DNA of 64,000 nucleotides from Neoconidiobolus thromboides FSU 785 (lineage: Eukaryota; Fungi; Entomophthoromycota). Of the stretch, positions 1 through 13,842 are shown piece after piece. Positions within the stretch are counted from its first letter, which is position 1. Every line of letters begins with the position of its first letter. The notes under the pieces are model-generated. The model ran no database searches. It was given only the letters and a program-made list of their open reading frames with translations, and was not told where the DNA came from. Location of the stretch: contig MU626286.1 in the NCBI GenBank assembly GCA_025603075.1, forward strand, positions 62,001 through 126,000. Reading direction: 5' to 3'. The position numbers and the translations under genes are program-made.

Positions 1-3000
1 TGGATGATTTAAAGTCCTAAGACGACTCAATTCATTTTCAGTTAACAATTGTAATAATCGACGGCTCTTTTGAAATTGTAAAATGATTTCTTCTTTTGAT
101 TTATCTAAAATAAATCGATCATTGGCTTTGGCTGATTTAAACTCATTGGTATCATTGAACAAAATTGATAAGCTAGAATTCTCTCTACTGCTTGCTTTAG
201 TCAAATCTAATAAATTCATATTTAAGATCTCAGTATCCATATCCAAACTTTGTTTAAATCGTGCCATCATATTAAATTCATCTATACATAATTGTTTATT
301 TCCAGAACTATTCCATCTAATAAAATAATAAATAGTAAGATTTCTATTCTTTTGCTATAAATATAAATTTTTTACCTTGGAGGAGTCATAAACCATGCAA
401 AAGCAAATCCATAAAGTTCACTACGGAATCTAGTTTCATAAATTGGATCCAAATTATTTTTTCTCAACATTTTAAGTCCTAATAATAATAATCGAAAGCG
501 AGGTTCTCTAGCCACTGGATTGGTAGTAGTATCCTTTGCATTTTTAAATGTGATAAGTAAAATACGCGCAATAATCTGTAAGATTTCTGGATTCGTATTT
601 GTGAATGCGTCATAACGAGTGACAAAGAATTTGATCCAAGTAGCATGAGGATTGATAGAGTTATACACCAATTTAAATTTACTTGATTTAACTTGTGGGT
701 CCGTAGGTGTATACTCCATCTTTTGTACAAATGGATTGGCGGTATCTAACTTGATGGAAAATAACCCTTTCTTTTGTACGATTGTCCAAATCCAACAAAA
801 TTGTATCTCATTCATTAATCTAACTTCAAGATCGCTTCTTTCTGTAGATACCCACGACCAGATACTTGATGCTAACTTAATTGATTCTGTAGTAAATATA
901 TAAACTGGAATCCAACATACATAACGTATTAAATCATAATCTACTTTATCTTTTTGTAATACTAACCAAGCAGCAGCTTCATTGAGGGTAATCTTAAGTT
1001 CATTCTTACTTATAGGAGTATGGGTTTTTGACAGTCCATAAAGCTCCTTAAGTTTAACCTTTAAACTTATGAGGTATTCTTCTGCTCCCTTTCCATTGAC
1101 TCCATATTCTAAGGATGACACTCGGCCATTAAAGTACGATTTCATTATTGAGCTTCCTGAAAACTGGGATGTATTATCGGGTGGCGAAGCTGCCAATTGA
1201 TTGATTAAATCTAAATTTATTATTATCTCATTGTTATAAAATCAAATTAAGTAAGATTACTTGAAGATTGATGAAATTGGGGAAGTAAACGACCATATTT
1301 CATAGCTAATGAACGACCATAATGAATACCAGTTGAAGTTTCATAAGTAGCGGTTTCATAAAGATAAGCCTATATCAATAAATAAATAAATTTTTTGATC
1401 AATTATTGAGATAAAATCAACCTGTAAATGATTATCCATTTCTGAGGCAGCTACATTTTTACCAGAATGCAACCATTTATTAACTGAGTCACTAAATTGG
1501 GACAGTAGTTGCTTACGATAGTTATAAGAATCAGGTAGCTGAATTGTAACGCCCACTAACTCTGAAGTGAATTCAAATACTGGGCAATACTAACAAAAAA
1601 TAAGTTTAGATCAAAACTGAAAGTATATTAAATAACCTACCTCATCCTGCATTTCCCCTTCACAGCCTTGCCATAACAACTGTAACAATTCTAAAGCAGT
1701 ATATAAGATCCTACGGTGATAAATTAACTGTGGAAAAGCATCAAAGAACTTTTTAGCACAATGTAAAGATACTAACACCATCTTTTCAACACGATGGCAA
1801 CAATTAACCAACACGTTTTGAAGCTGAGAAATAACTGAATTATTGAGGATTAATCCTAAGCCCACATTTTGAGATTCTGCCAAGAATTTAGTCGATACCT
1901 ATGATAAATTTAATAATATCAAAATAAGCTTTTAAAACGATATTACATCATCAGCGATGGCTTCTACTAATACAGCCAATTTACTAACATTAACCGATTC
2001 ATTTGAGAAATAATTTAAAATGAAACTAAAATTTCCAGAGTTACAACGCATAATCTCAATATGGTATAATGAAAGTAAGAAGATAATTTGAGCAAAGTTA
2101 AGATATCGAATTTCGTTACTATGGGAGGGAAGTACTTGAATCAATTGATTTCTCATTTTTAATAGCTCCTAAAAAATAATGAACACAAATAGTATCGTCA
2201 ATAAATTAAACTACCTGCTCACTAAATGCCCTTCTTAATACAGAATTATACTCCAAATCAGTATCCAAATAATTACCTGAAGAATTTGGAACCAAAATTG
2301 GTGATTTAGCAGCAATGTCTAACATAGAAGAGCGCCATTCTTTAACCCAAGTGGATTCAGAAACAAAGTCGTACAGCACACAATGGAACCAGAAATTCCT
2401 AAAAGCACCTTGTAACTCTTCATCAGGGTTTAAGTGAGGGCTAAAATCCTTAGTGCACAAGATTTGACTTAAAATTGGTAATAAGATCCCTAATTCACCA
2501 GAAATAGCAGTGATCTGTACACCTTTCCTCTTTTCTTTCAAAGATCTTTGAATGTGCACCCCTTTTTCATTTGCTAATGCTAACATATATCTAAAAAAAG
2601 AATCACATTTGTCGATATTTGAGTGAATTTGATAGGAAATAGAATAATAGCACTTCAATATAGTTGACATTAATGTTTTGCTATCAGCTGATGTTTCTGC
2701 TTTACTGATAGCAGAAAATATTTCTAAGATTTCTTCATATGATCGATCCGATACTGATAATACAATATCTGATAACTTTTCCAATATAAAAGCACGTGTT
2801 GCTTGGGTACCAGTAGCAAATTGGCGACACAACATAGTCACTGCTAAATCCGATACATCATTGTTTTTTGCATTTTGGCCAATACTTGCTATAGCAGAAA
2901 TAATGCTTTCAATTAAAACTAATTTTCTATCTCCACTTTCACTGAAGCTGTTGCAATTTTCATTGATAGAAAACATATGATTAACTAAAAAATGAATTGT

Positions 3001-4525
3001 TGATATTGCTGTTTCAGTATTGAATTTGACGCTGTTAGCCAATCGAGAAGAGGACACCTCTCTGATCTCAAATAAACTGGCTTCGCTCAAGTTGCGCCCA
3101 TTGTCTGATATTGGAGTAGTAATGAACTTACAACATATATTAGATAAAGAAGCATGTGATTCTGGTAAGTTGATAGATAAGATAGAGATACATTCTAAGG
3201 TAACAGTAACCAATTTAACAGCATCCGCATCCTCAAGTTTTGGATACAAAATCATTAATATGTCCGTTAATTTGATAGTCAACTTTTCTTTTAACTCTCT
3301 TAAATGAACACAAGAAAGGGTAGCTACCCTTAAACTGCAAATAAAAAGCTCCAGCTGTCCCTTTTCAAGCTTCAATGTATCTCCCGCCTCTTTTTCAATA
3401 AAATATGTTTCAATTGAAGAAAATATTTCTAACGCCATATAACATAATCCATGCAAAGCAGTTCTTGATTCTTCATTCAATTCGATAGCTGATGTACCTG
3501 GATTGTTGGACAAATACTTTATACAACCACTTGTAGATAAAGTTTGACTATTTTTGGGCACTTTATCATAGTTTACTTTTCTAACCAAAAAATTCAAAGT
3601 GACTTGTAAATTTCTAAAGATAATATTATTGCTTGATACCTCCCCATAATTATATTTTAAAAAGAAAGCTTTAGCATAATCATTACCTTCTGAAGCTAAT
3701 AGTTGGTCCAACTTTTCATCTGCTGCATCTACAAAATCAGTCTGTGAAATAGTACGTGCTCTTTCTTCTAATTGAGATATAAGTGAAGAATCCCATTCGA
3801 AACTATTGTTTCCTAGAGCTCTTAATAAACCTAACCAAAAAGGAATATATTTGATGCAGATGTATTCATCACTGAGTTGTTTTAAATCTTCTCCTACTTT
3901 GATAAATACTTGCCATATTGTAGTGCAAATCTGATCCCTTAAGTCTGTTGATATACTTGCTATATGAAGTAATGAGTCAGTTAATTCAAAGGAGAATACA
4001 TCATTTGGTGGAATATCTATAAGAAAAAAAGATTGTTCATTTTAAATATAGCTGTTGAAATTATTATAAATTACTTTCCCATCCTTGAAACATTTCATAA
4101 TTTAAATATCTAGCCATTTGTAAAACTTTTAATAAGTTGATTACTGTTGGTTTCTGTAAATCACTGTTGGCATGTGCAACTAGTTTACTAACGCCACTGA
4201 TGATGCGCATGTCACTTTCAGTCTAAAAATAAAGATAAAACCAAAGTTTTATTTTTTGCTCTTTATAAATATTATATGTTTACTATTGTTCTATCCTTTA
4301 AAGCCTCCGGTTCTAAGTTTTCGCTTGTGATTCCAGAAAAAAAAGGACTTAGACTGATCAATCTAGCCAAGTCTTTCTCAGCTAATTCCATGGACGGATC
4401 TGATAATAATAGATCCATCTCGGAGATGATCAAAGATTGCAAGGTTGTGTCAAAGCTATTTATTGTTTAGGTCAATTTACTTGTTTTTATTTTTGTTTAT
4501 AGACATAAGGGGTTTACCAACTCAT
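1..4525 (-). CDS. STT4: Phosphatidylinositol 4-kinase type III alpha (Stt4/PI4KA), N-terminal portion; multi-exon, 3' end runs off the window
   Basis: ORFs 2206-3711, 1932-2156, 1611-1883, 1356-1556 and 372-1196 join through GT-AG introns. Segments FRNFWFHCVLYDF and RYVCWIPVYIFTTESIKLASSIWSWV resemble Stt4/PI4KA. Inferred start ATG at 4525 (8-nt first exon). The kinase domain is not in the window. Confidence 0.85.
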
Positions 4526-5339
4526 CTTCAAGTTAAAGAAATGAATGAAAGTGATTTTGTGGCTAAAATTATCAAGTGTTTTATTGGTTCTTCGTAAATA
4601 TTGGGTTGACAGATCAAAGGTTAAATGATTGGTTGAAACATTATTATTGTTAATGTTCTGGATGTCGGAAGTAGGTGTTGTCTTGTTTTTTCATGATTTT
4701 ACTATGTGTTCTAATAGTAGTAACATTAGATTAATTCGTATTTAATGCAACCTAAGCATTATAAATTGGTATGTTGTGAAATACTTTGGGGATTTAGTGC
4801 TTTCTAATAATAAATATAGCTAGAAATTAAATAGTAAGCAAAATTCTGTTTAGTACATTTTAATACCAAATCAAGATACACCCAATCTAGTTTATTAAAA
4901 TTTTACTAAATAGCTATTGAAGTATTCTGATTTTATCTAACTTAGAATTCGTATTTCTTTTATTTCCTTATAAAACGCTTCATCCAAGTACTTTATATTA
5001 GGTGTAATAAAGAGCAGGGAGATATTAAGTCTATATTCACTCTTTACACCAATACTTGTTAAAGAAAAATGTTTAATTTTTAGCGTTTAAGGGCTGGGAA
5101 AAACGATAGAAAATAAGAAAATTTTCAAGTGTATCGCAAAGCTGATAGGTCATAGTTTGTTTTATAAAGATATATTTAATAGATCACATTTTATATTATA
5201 AACAGTATTTTTATATAAATAAGATTTACTATACCTATCCTTTCTATTTAATTCAAAATAATCTAAAAAATAGTTTGAATATTAGATAATGAAGAAATCA
5301 ACTTTAGTAACTCTCTAGAAAAGATTTTAAACCAAACTC

Positions 5340-6237
5340 CGCTTATTAATGATGATTTTAATAAGCCATAATTATTTTTAGCTCTCAAATTAAAATATCG
5401 AACTTACAATATTGCTACTTTTTATTATCTTTTTGCTGAATCGTCAATATCGTAATTAGAGTCACTAAAACCTATAAAATTTATACTATTTAATTACCTT
5501 AAGTCTCCCAAATACTTATCTACAAAATTCAAATTAAAGTCTGGCTCAACTTCTAGGTCTAAATTCCAGTTCGAATTTATACTAAGATTAATCTAAGTAG
5601 AGCTAGCTATATGTGTATCCGTAAAATTTCAATCAGCAATTTTAAGTTACTAAACTTTGTTTTATGTTTAATCCATCAAAAATCGAACAACCTTTAGATA
5701 TCAACGAAAGTGATAATACTACCTTGTTTGGATTCAAAGGCTCAGTAATTCCTTTAATACTTAAATCGTATCCACAAACTTCGAAAGTCTGGAGTTAATT
5801 TAAATGATTTTGAATAATTTCAATGAATAAATATAGCTTATGAGAATCAACTTTTATCCTTTTTGATTTTGGCATTCTAACTGCTATTTTAACATTAACT
5901 CTATCATTAATCTACATATCATTATCATTGTTAGATGTATCACTATCATAACTAATGGGGACTATATTTGGACAATATTAAGTATTTAACTCTGACATAG
6001 TATATTTATATACATCATTAATGGTCCATTTTTCTTGATAAAATTCTCTTGATAGCTCCAATATTTCTTAACTTCGTACTGGTCATAAGTAGAATAAACT
6101 GGGTTGCATTTGATTATATTACTAATATTATTGAATAGGCGTTTACTTAAATATAAGTCAAAAAACTCTTCTGGATCCAATGGTCTGAATGCATTATCTA
6201 ATAGTATACTGCATAGTTGCTCGAATTTCAATAGCAT
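5340..6237 (-). pseudogene. Decayed LRR/RNI-like gene, copy A
   Basis: Starts MLLKFEQLCSILLDNAFRPLDPEEFF and later reads KYLGDLR*LNSINF. Colinear with the copy at 7422-8510. Multiple stops and frameshifts. Confidence 0.6.
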
Positions 6238-6364
6238 TATAGAGTAAGCTTTTTTCAAAGTACAAAAAACATACCTTTTATATCTTTTATATCTTTTTTA
6301 CCTTTTTATTTGTGTTAATGATCGCGTAAGTAATATTTTTAATAACAACATTGCTAAAACAATA

Positions 6365-6467
6365 TATGGGATGTTTTTTTGGGTTTATTACCTTTTCCAT
6401 CTTTTAAGCGCTATTTGAACGGAAAAACTGACAGTAAAATTCTTAAACATAAAAATATATCCCCATA
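6365..6467 (-). mobile_element. MITE-like foldback element, copy 1
   Basis: TATGGG...CCCCATA ends with core AAGCGCTATTTGA...AGTAAAATTCTTAAA. Confidence 0.85.
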
Positions 6468-7239
6468 TCGTCTTTAATTAAATATAGCTGAATTTTCTTA
6501 CTAAAATTAGACAGATAGATATTCATAAGTAATAAAGCTAACTCAGAATATTGATAACTTGTTGATAAAGGATGATGATGATGTTTTCATATTTTATCTT
6601 TATTTTCCTTGTAGTCAAATTTTTACAGTCAAATCAACTAATGATATCAACCTGATTTTATAGCTAGATTAAACTGCTTATGTAAACTCAGAGTTGCTTT
6701 GAATGCATAAAGCTCTTACTTTAGTAGACTTTGAAAGTAACATAATATAGAGATGCTTACATTTTGATTTATAGTATAACTACAAGCTACTTTTAACCTC
6801 TTTTATTATACATCATTGCCTTTCATAAGTTCTATTTTCTCTTAGAAATTAAATCAATGATGGATTCATTGTAACCATTTTGATAAAAATATAGATCAGT
6901 ATGATCAACTTATCAATGTACATATTGAATATCATAGCACCTAATATTTTTTAGTCTTACTAATGCTAGATGATTTATTAACTAGTTATAAATTGACAAA
7001 ATGCTAATAAGTTAATCAAATATTATAAATATTCAAAAATGAAAAAAAATCGAGCAAAAAATGATAAAAGTTAGGCAGTCGTTTGTTTATAATAACTATA
7101 ACTAATGATGCGTAGTCTTATTCTATCCAAGTTAACATTTGGACTTTTTTCTATCCCATTATAAACTACTGTATCTATATTTATTTTATCAAATAAAACG
7201 AGGAGTAAAGGGAAAATAAATTTACGATTGATTTCTACA

Positions 7240-7336
7240 TCTGGTGATGTATTTTTTAAAAATTTTGCTAATAATTTTCCCACTCAAATAGCGTTTAAAA
7301 ACGGAAAAAGTAATGAAGACAAAAAAACATCCCCAT
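7240..7336 (+). mobile_element. MITE-like element, copy 2
   Basis: GGTGATGTATTTTTT...CCACTCAAATAGCGTTTAAAA...AAACATCCCCAT. Confidence 0.8.
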
Positions 7337-7421
7337 CTGTTTCTTAAAAATTAATTTTTAATAATTGAAGGAGCTGGAAAAAAAGATGAAAAGACGAAAA
7401 AATTTAAGGATGTAAGTAAAA

Positions 7422-8510
7422 TCATTCATTTTGGTTTGCTTTACAAATTGCGCTTATTGAATTATACCCCTTATTACAAAAACTTCCTCTATAGAAATAA
7501 GACTTATCGAGTATTTTGTTGATATCAAACTTTAAATTAATTTTTTTTGAATATTGGGCAACAAAGAAACTGATCTTAATAATTCCTTTCATAACTTTGC
7601 TGAAATAAACTTCTTTCAATTTTGGTAATTTCAATAAAGGATTTGATTTAAGGATTTTGTATGGAAATATCCTAAGGTAGTAAATATTAGCCTATTTATC
7701 CATATTTGTAATGTTGTTTTCACTTTTAATGTCAAAACAAAAACTATCAAAATTTATATATTTTATGCTCTTAAACTGCCTTAAATTACCAAGGTATTTT
7801 AAACCAAAGTCATATTTAAGGTGGTCTTTAAGTTCTGATTTTAAGTTGGAAATAAACTTTGAAATCTGTTTAGAGACGTTAATAGTATCAATATCATCGG
7901 TACAATAGAGGTTTAGTATTTTTAATTGAGTAAACTTTGTCATAAATATATCCAATCCCTTGAGATTGAAGCGATCATACAACTCTAATTTAATTGACTT
8001 TAATTTGCTTAAGCTCAAATGAATTAAATAAATATTATCTATACTGTCTACTTTAGCTTCAAACAATTTCATAGCTTGTGTACAATCCTCAGAGTAGATG
8101 ATAAACTTTCATAAATTTGGTAATCCAATATTTACTCTAGCTTTATTATTAGTATTAGTCTTGATGCTACTATCACTATAATCCTTTTTCCTCAAATTAC
8201 TAGAATTATAATCCTCGTACATATAGTAAACAGACTCTGAATTCGGACAATAAATCAAGTTTCTGAGAGTATCATTATTTATTTCTATATGTCATACCAA
8301 CAATCCGTTTTCTTTAATAAACCTATCTTAATAGTTTTGATATTATATTAATAAAACTCATTCATAAATTGAATTGCGTTTAATTACATTACTAACTTTG
8401 CTGAATAAGTATTTAATCAAAAAGCATAAATTAAACAACCCTTCTGGGTCTGATAGTTTGAATATATCCTCCAAAAATATATTAGATAACTGCCTAAATT
8501 TCAATGTCAT
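7422..8510 (-). pseudogene. Decayed LRR/RNI-like gene, copy B
   Basis: Starts MTLKFRQLSNIFLED. ORFs 7692-8072 and 7422-7634 share one frame, separated by a single TAG. LRR-like periodicity (LSKLKSIKLEL, FTQLKILNL, LPKLKEVYF). The 5' part is broken by stops. Confidence 0.6.
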
Positions 8511-8729
8511 TTCAAAACAGATTAATAAACAAAATACAGAACTCAGCTAGCCTTTTATTCTTTTAATTTTAAGGGCAGCACTGTAATCAAGGTTATCAAC
8601 ATAGTTTGCTACTATTGGCTAAAGAATGTACTATTTTGTTTTGCTTTAAATCTTAAAAAGTCGACTAAATGTAAACTTAAAATTCAAAATAGATTCTATT
8701 TAGATGTATTTTTTTAACTATTTCTTTGA

Positions 8730-8828
8730 TATGGGGCTGTTTTTTAGTTTCATTATCTTTCCATTTTTTAAGCGCTATTTGAGTGGAAAGATTGTAGTAA
8801 AATTCTTAAACGAAAAAACATCCCCATA
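8730..8828 (-). mobile_element. MITE-like element, copy 3
   Basis: TATGGGGCTGTTTTTT...AAGCGCTATTTGAGTGG...AAAACATCCCCATA. Confidence 0.88.
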
Positions 8829-9137
8829 TAGTAATTTCATTTGAATTTATGTATATATCTTGCTTCATATTTATTTATTTAGAGTCACTCACATACCATA
8901 CTAGAGTACTTAAGTTTAGATGTAGTATTTTCATTAATATATGTAGACTTCCATGTTATTCTCATTTATTTTAGAATAGTTTAAAATTTTAAAAGTTATT
9001 GAGCTCTTTTTAAAAAATCCACATTCTTTGAATTATAGTCATCCTTGAAGTGATATCAAGCTTACAACAAAACGCTGCATTATTATTATACAATTTCTTT
9101 TACACTTCATTGTATTAAAAAATGAACTATTTTAACA

Positions 9138-9241
9138 TACGGGGATGTATTTTTTTGTTTAAGAATTTTACCAACGATCTTTCCACTCAAATAGTGCTTA
9201 AAAAATGGAAAAATAATGAAACTAAAAAAAACAGCCTCATA
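9138..9241 (+). mobile_element. MITE-like element, copy 4
   Basis: TACGGGGATGTATTTTTTT...CCACTCAAATAGTGCTTAAAA...AAACAGCCTCATA. Confidence 0.88.
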
Positions 9242-9823
9242 CCGTTAATTTTTTCAAAAAAATGATCAGTTTTTAAAAAAATGTTATTGTATCACAAAGT
9301 AAATCTAAATGGAGTTGAAAAAGTAATGAGGTCAACCTCAATTATTGTTCTTAATTATTTTAAAATATTTTATTTGAAGAATAAGTAATGAATATCCATT
9401 TATAGTAAATAAAATTTTAATTTTGATAATCAAAAAAATGCGTTACAGCTATTATTAAATAAACTTATAAAAGACTCGATGTTGAATAACTTTAACTTTC
9501 TTTAATTCATTTTTAAATTTATTATTATTAAAATGTTTGAATATGTAATAACTTCAAGCTTTCCCAAAACATCAATTCATTATTAATGTTTTGTATACAC
9601 TTATTTTTACGTGGTTTCATGAAAGTTTATTAAACATAAAGCCTATTCCTCATTTATATTATTTGATCAAACCACATGATACCGCTAATTTAATAAGCAA
9701 AATGGTTTAATTTAATATGAATTTATTAGCAAAAGTATTAAGAGTGTAATAAGGATTAGGTTTATTAACTGTAATAGTATATATATACATTTCTAAACAG
9801 AGGTAAAAAAAGCACAAGAATAA

Positions 9824-10408
9824 TTAAAGTTGGGATTTAGAAATGGTAGTAGCTATCTGATTCTCCGCTGGATAGATGGTCATTTGGAAGTCTTTAACTT
9901 TAAACCCACATTTCTCATAAAATGGCACATTTGATTCACTGCAATTCAATATAATTTTATAGCATCCTACCTTGACACCAATATATTTTAATGCATCGAT
10001 AACTCTTAGGCCTAATTTTTTGCCTCTTTGTGAATCATGTACTACAATATCTTCAATGTGTCCTGCAAGTCCACAGCTCCTTATAAACTTACATTCTGTA
10101 AGTAAAGTACCAGCGGCTACTATCTTTTTTTGCTCAGTATCCTCAATTACTAAAGAGTAATAATTGCCCGCTTTTAATATCCTCTCGTAGTTGTCATTGA
10201 ACATCTGTCTAGTAACGTTACCAGTGACTGTTAATTGAGATAAACACTGGATATATCCTTTATCATAGTCTCCTAACTCTAAAGGACGCATAACATAACC
10301 CTTTGGCAAGGCTTCTTTTACTTCTGGAGAGATTAAGCTTTCAGTAAATAAACTGGTGGTATTTAAATTTAGATAGTTATTCATGGTTTGTTTTAAACTT
10401 TGAAACAT
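9824..10408 (-). CDS. GNA1: Glucosamine-6-phosphate N-acetyltransferase (GNAT family), intronless
   Basis: RPLELGDYDKGYIQCLSQLT, GHIEDIVVHDSQRGKKLG and GCYKIILNCSESNVPFYEKCGF are typical Gna1 motifs. Confidence 0.95.
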   Translation of the reverse strand: MFQSLKQTMNNYLNLNTTSLFTESLISPEVKEALPKGYVMRPLELGDYDKGYIQCLSQLTVTGNVTRQMFNDNYERILKAGNYYSLVIEDTEQKKIVAAGTLLTECKFIRSCGLAGHIEDIVVHDSQRGKKLGLRVIDALKYIGVKVGCYKIILNCSESNVPFYEKCGFKVKDFQMTIYPAENQIATTISKSQL

Positions 10409-11153
10409 ATTGCTATTATCTTTGTTGGTTTATATACTCTTTTTCTTGATTATTATAAATTAGAAATTATAAACTCAACACAAGTTTTTTTTATCATTAA
10501 TAATAAAACCTAGCCAATAATTGTGGTTTATTATATTGGGTGATATGTCATGATAAGCAAGTTATCTATGACATATTATTGGTTAAGTTTATTTTTAAAT
10601 CCATTCAAACTTTATTAGTGAATATTTATAGCGGCCAATGAGTTAGGTCCTTTGCTACCCTACAAAATTAATTTATTTATAGACTGAAATGCTGATAAAA
10701 AATAACTTTTAACTTAAACTAATTAAAAGTAGTTTGACCGTTGCTGTTTTAGTTTTATCATGATAAGATTTAAATAATTTATTATTAAAAGTTATTTTAT
10801 TGCTTTACCCTTTTTTATATAAAAAGTTTAAACTATTTAATGATAATGAAAGTATACTTTATCAGCTTTTTGATAATAGATACTAAATAAGCTATATTTG
10901 TAATTTATAATAAAACTAATAGTGCTAATATAAAATTGTTAATATTAAGCAATATTGAATAACATTGTACAATATCATTTTATAAAAAAGTCATCAAAAA
11001 TTTGTAACGTTAGAAAATCATATTCATTCTAAGCTAAATAAAAATACTTATATTTAACTAACATTTGTGATGTAAGCAAACTAGAACAAATAACCAATCA
11101 AAGAAATAGGTTTAAAAAAAAGTTATCTATATGAGTGTATCTATTTTTTTTAA

Positions 11154-13842
11154 ATGTCAGAAGTAAAAAGTGGAGTTCCAGAGGAAACTAAAAAGAATGA
11201 AAAAGGAAATATAAAAGAAGAAAAAGAAGTGAATGAAAAGACAGTCACTGCTAACAATTTGTCGCAGCCCCAAATTATTGTTGAAGAGTTTCAATATCTA
11301 TTGGAAAAATCTCAACAGTTGTTTGCTGGATTGAGGTAGGCTTTTAAATAATAATAATTGGTAGGGTTAAGTTTATCGAAAATTTTAGAGAGCTATCTCC
11401 TGTTTCTGGGAGACAATGGCAAACCCATTTTCAAAGAACGTTTGAAATTTATACAAAAGTAAATTAAAAATAATTAAAAGTCTTCATTTAAAATGTTTTT
11501 TTAGCTATGGAAATTTCAGCAGATTCATAGGTAAAGAATTTCAATTTAAAACAATTCTAAGTAATAAATATTTTAAATAGAGTAGTTTTAGAAGATAAAG
11601 AATATTATGGATTAAAGCGGTGGGAAGTTGGAGAAATTGCTTCAAAGATTGGACAGATTTATTATCATTATTAGTAAATTAAATAATATCAATCAAAGTT
11701 AATATTAAAAAAGTAATCAAAGTTTAAGGACGAGCGAAACAAATTACTTATATGAATCCTACGTATTTTATGAAGCTATTCATGAAAGAAACTATTTTAA
11801 AGATGTATTAGATGCTAAAAAGTAAAAACATTCGTAATTTTTAAACACAATGTGATATTTACAAACTGATTAGTCCAGCCCAAATGATAAAAAAATTAAG
11901 ATATTATGCGCGATTTATTGTAGTCGGACTTCTATTATTAAGAAAAGAAAGGGTAGCTAAACTATATCAAGAGCTATCTAGTTTAGTAGAAGATTACACG
12001 AAATTATTTAAACCTGTGGATTCGATGGAATGGCAAATGGTATTACAAGAAATTATTACATTTCTGGAGGTAAGTCAAATTAAAATAAATTAAAATGATT
12101 GACATTTTAATGTTAATAAAGGTAGAGAAAAAGATATTACCTTTAGCCGAAGGAACGGCTCAAGCTTTACCTATTCAATTCCGCTTTCCAAATATTAATA
12201 GAATAGCCATCGACACGATGGACAGTGATAATACAAACGCTACCTTAGATGATAATAAGTTAAACAATTCGTCAAAAGTAACTGGGTTAAGGTTACAAGA
12301 AGTTATAATAGTTGGAAATAAAGTATCTCAAGTAAGTCATATTTCTATCAACCTCTATCAAAATTTTGACATGTGTTTTTTAGGTCAAATTTTCAGAGTT
12401 ATCATTAGATATGTATCGTATGGTATTAACATTAGGTATTAGTATTTAATCAATTTAACGTCCAAATTAACAAATTAAAGAAAGGGAACCACAACATGTA
12501 TCAAAAAGTACAACAACGGCAAATCCAGAGTCCACACTAGATGAGAATGATTTAAATAAAAAAAGTAATGAACTTAAAAATAAACCCAATTTTATAAGAT
12601 TACCAACCTCCAATCTTAAAAAAGTTCATCCACCACATAAATATTTATTATTTCGACCTACCTTCTCTCAGCTATTAGTTTATATTTCAAATTGCTACAA
12701 AGTAAAGTAATTTGTCATGCTCATTTGTTCAGCATTAATTATATTGATAGGATCTTTCAGATAATTCAGCTTTATTGATTTATTTATCTTCGGATGCTAT
12801 TAAATCTATTCCTTCTGAAAAAAGCACTCAATATGGTAAGTTTAGCTTATTATATTTTAACTATCATATATTAATAATAAGGCTATGTTGGTGGATGTGC
12901 AACATCGTATCGAAAACCAATGGATAAAGCATCCGATATTGCAGATTCTATTGCAGCAAGTCATTGTTTGCATCCAGGAGATTTAATTCCATTTACTCGT
13001 AAACCTTTATTTTTAATTGTGGAGTCGAATTCAAATGACTCATTTAAAGTAAACAATTTTTATACAATCATATATTTAATTTATTGTTTCGATAATAGAA
13101 AATGCCAAATTTATTTAATCAACCATTCTTATGTCTTATGGCACCTATCGATTCCCCCTTTAAAGGTAAGTTTAGAAATTATTGTCTATTACTATACAAC
13201 CTTTAATCTATTTTCTAGATAGTGCTATGGCAGGTTCAATAATGACAATGTTCCTTTCATCACCTTTGGTAGCATTTTGCTATATAGCGGATTTAGTTGA
13301 ACTAAGCCCAGAGATATGGACTAAAATGACAGAGCATTTTACTTATTTGGAAGAAAAATGTATTGAGTTATTACTTAATACAGGGTCATTAGGTAATTAA
13401 CTAAGATTATAAATGCTTTATGGTATTTTATGACAATATTTTTTAGATGCTACTACTAAATCTTTTATGTATGATGATTTCTTGAAATTATTGATAGCAA
13501 GGTTTATATTGGCAACTATAATTATGGGATTACATCGATTAATTAAAGATTCTAAAGTAACTAATACCAACTTTTATAGTTTTAATAGCTAACTCTTATA
13601 CACTTTTTTAATAGAACTTGCCTACTAGTTTACCTAGTTTTCCATCCTCAATATTTAGTAGTAACGAGTTAATATCTAAATTAAGATCAGTTATTGAGCT
13701 TACTGGCACTAGTTTGATATTCTCCTATTTAGATAAAACTTCTCAACCTTGTACTCCTTCCCCTTTAATGACTCATGGTGATAGTTATTTGACTATCCAT
13801 CCTTCAAGCACTACTGAACCAATACCACCTAAGTCAGCTTAA
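11154..13842 (+). CDS. SCAI: SCAI-family protein, many introns
   Basis: Spliced reading EEFQYLLEKSQQLFAGLR/...FQRTFEIYTK/LWKFQQIHR/...GLKRWEVGEIASKIGQIYYHYY/LRTSETNYLYESYVFYEAI...KKLRYYARFIVV matches the SCAI family. Confidence 0.9.

Noticed and set aside
83-3307. Small plus-strand ORFs over the PI4K gene, and similar ORFs over GNA1, MFS and sirtuin
   Set aside because: Antisense shadows of well-supported genes on the opposite strand.
5075-5125. Possible 19th MITE copy (TTAGCGTTTAAGGGCTGGGAAAAACGATAGAAA)
   Set aside because: Only a loose core match with no termini; cannot be supported by eye.
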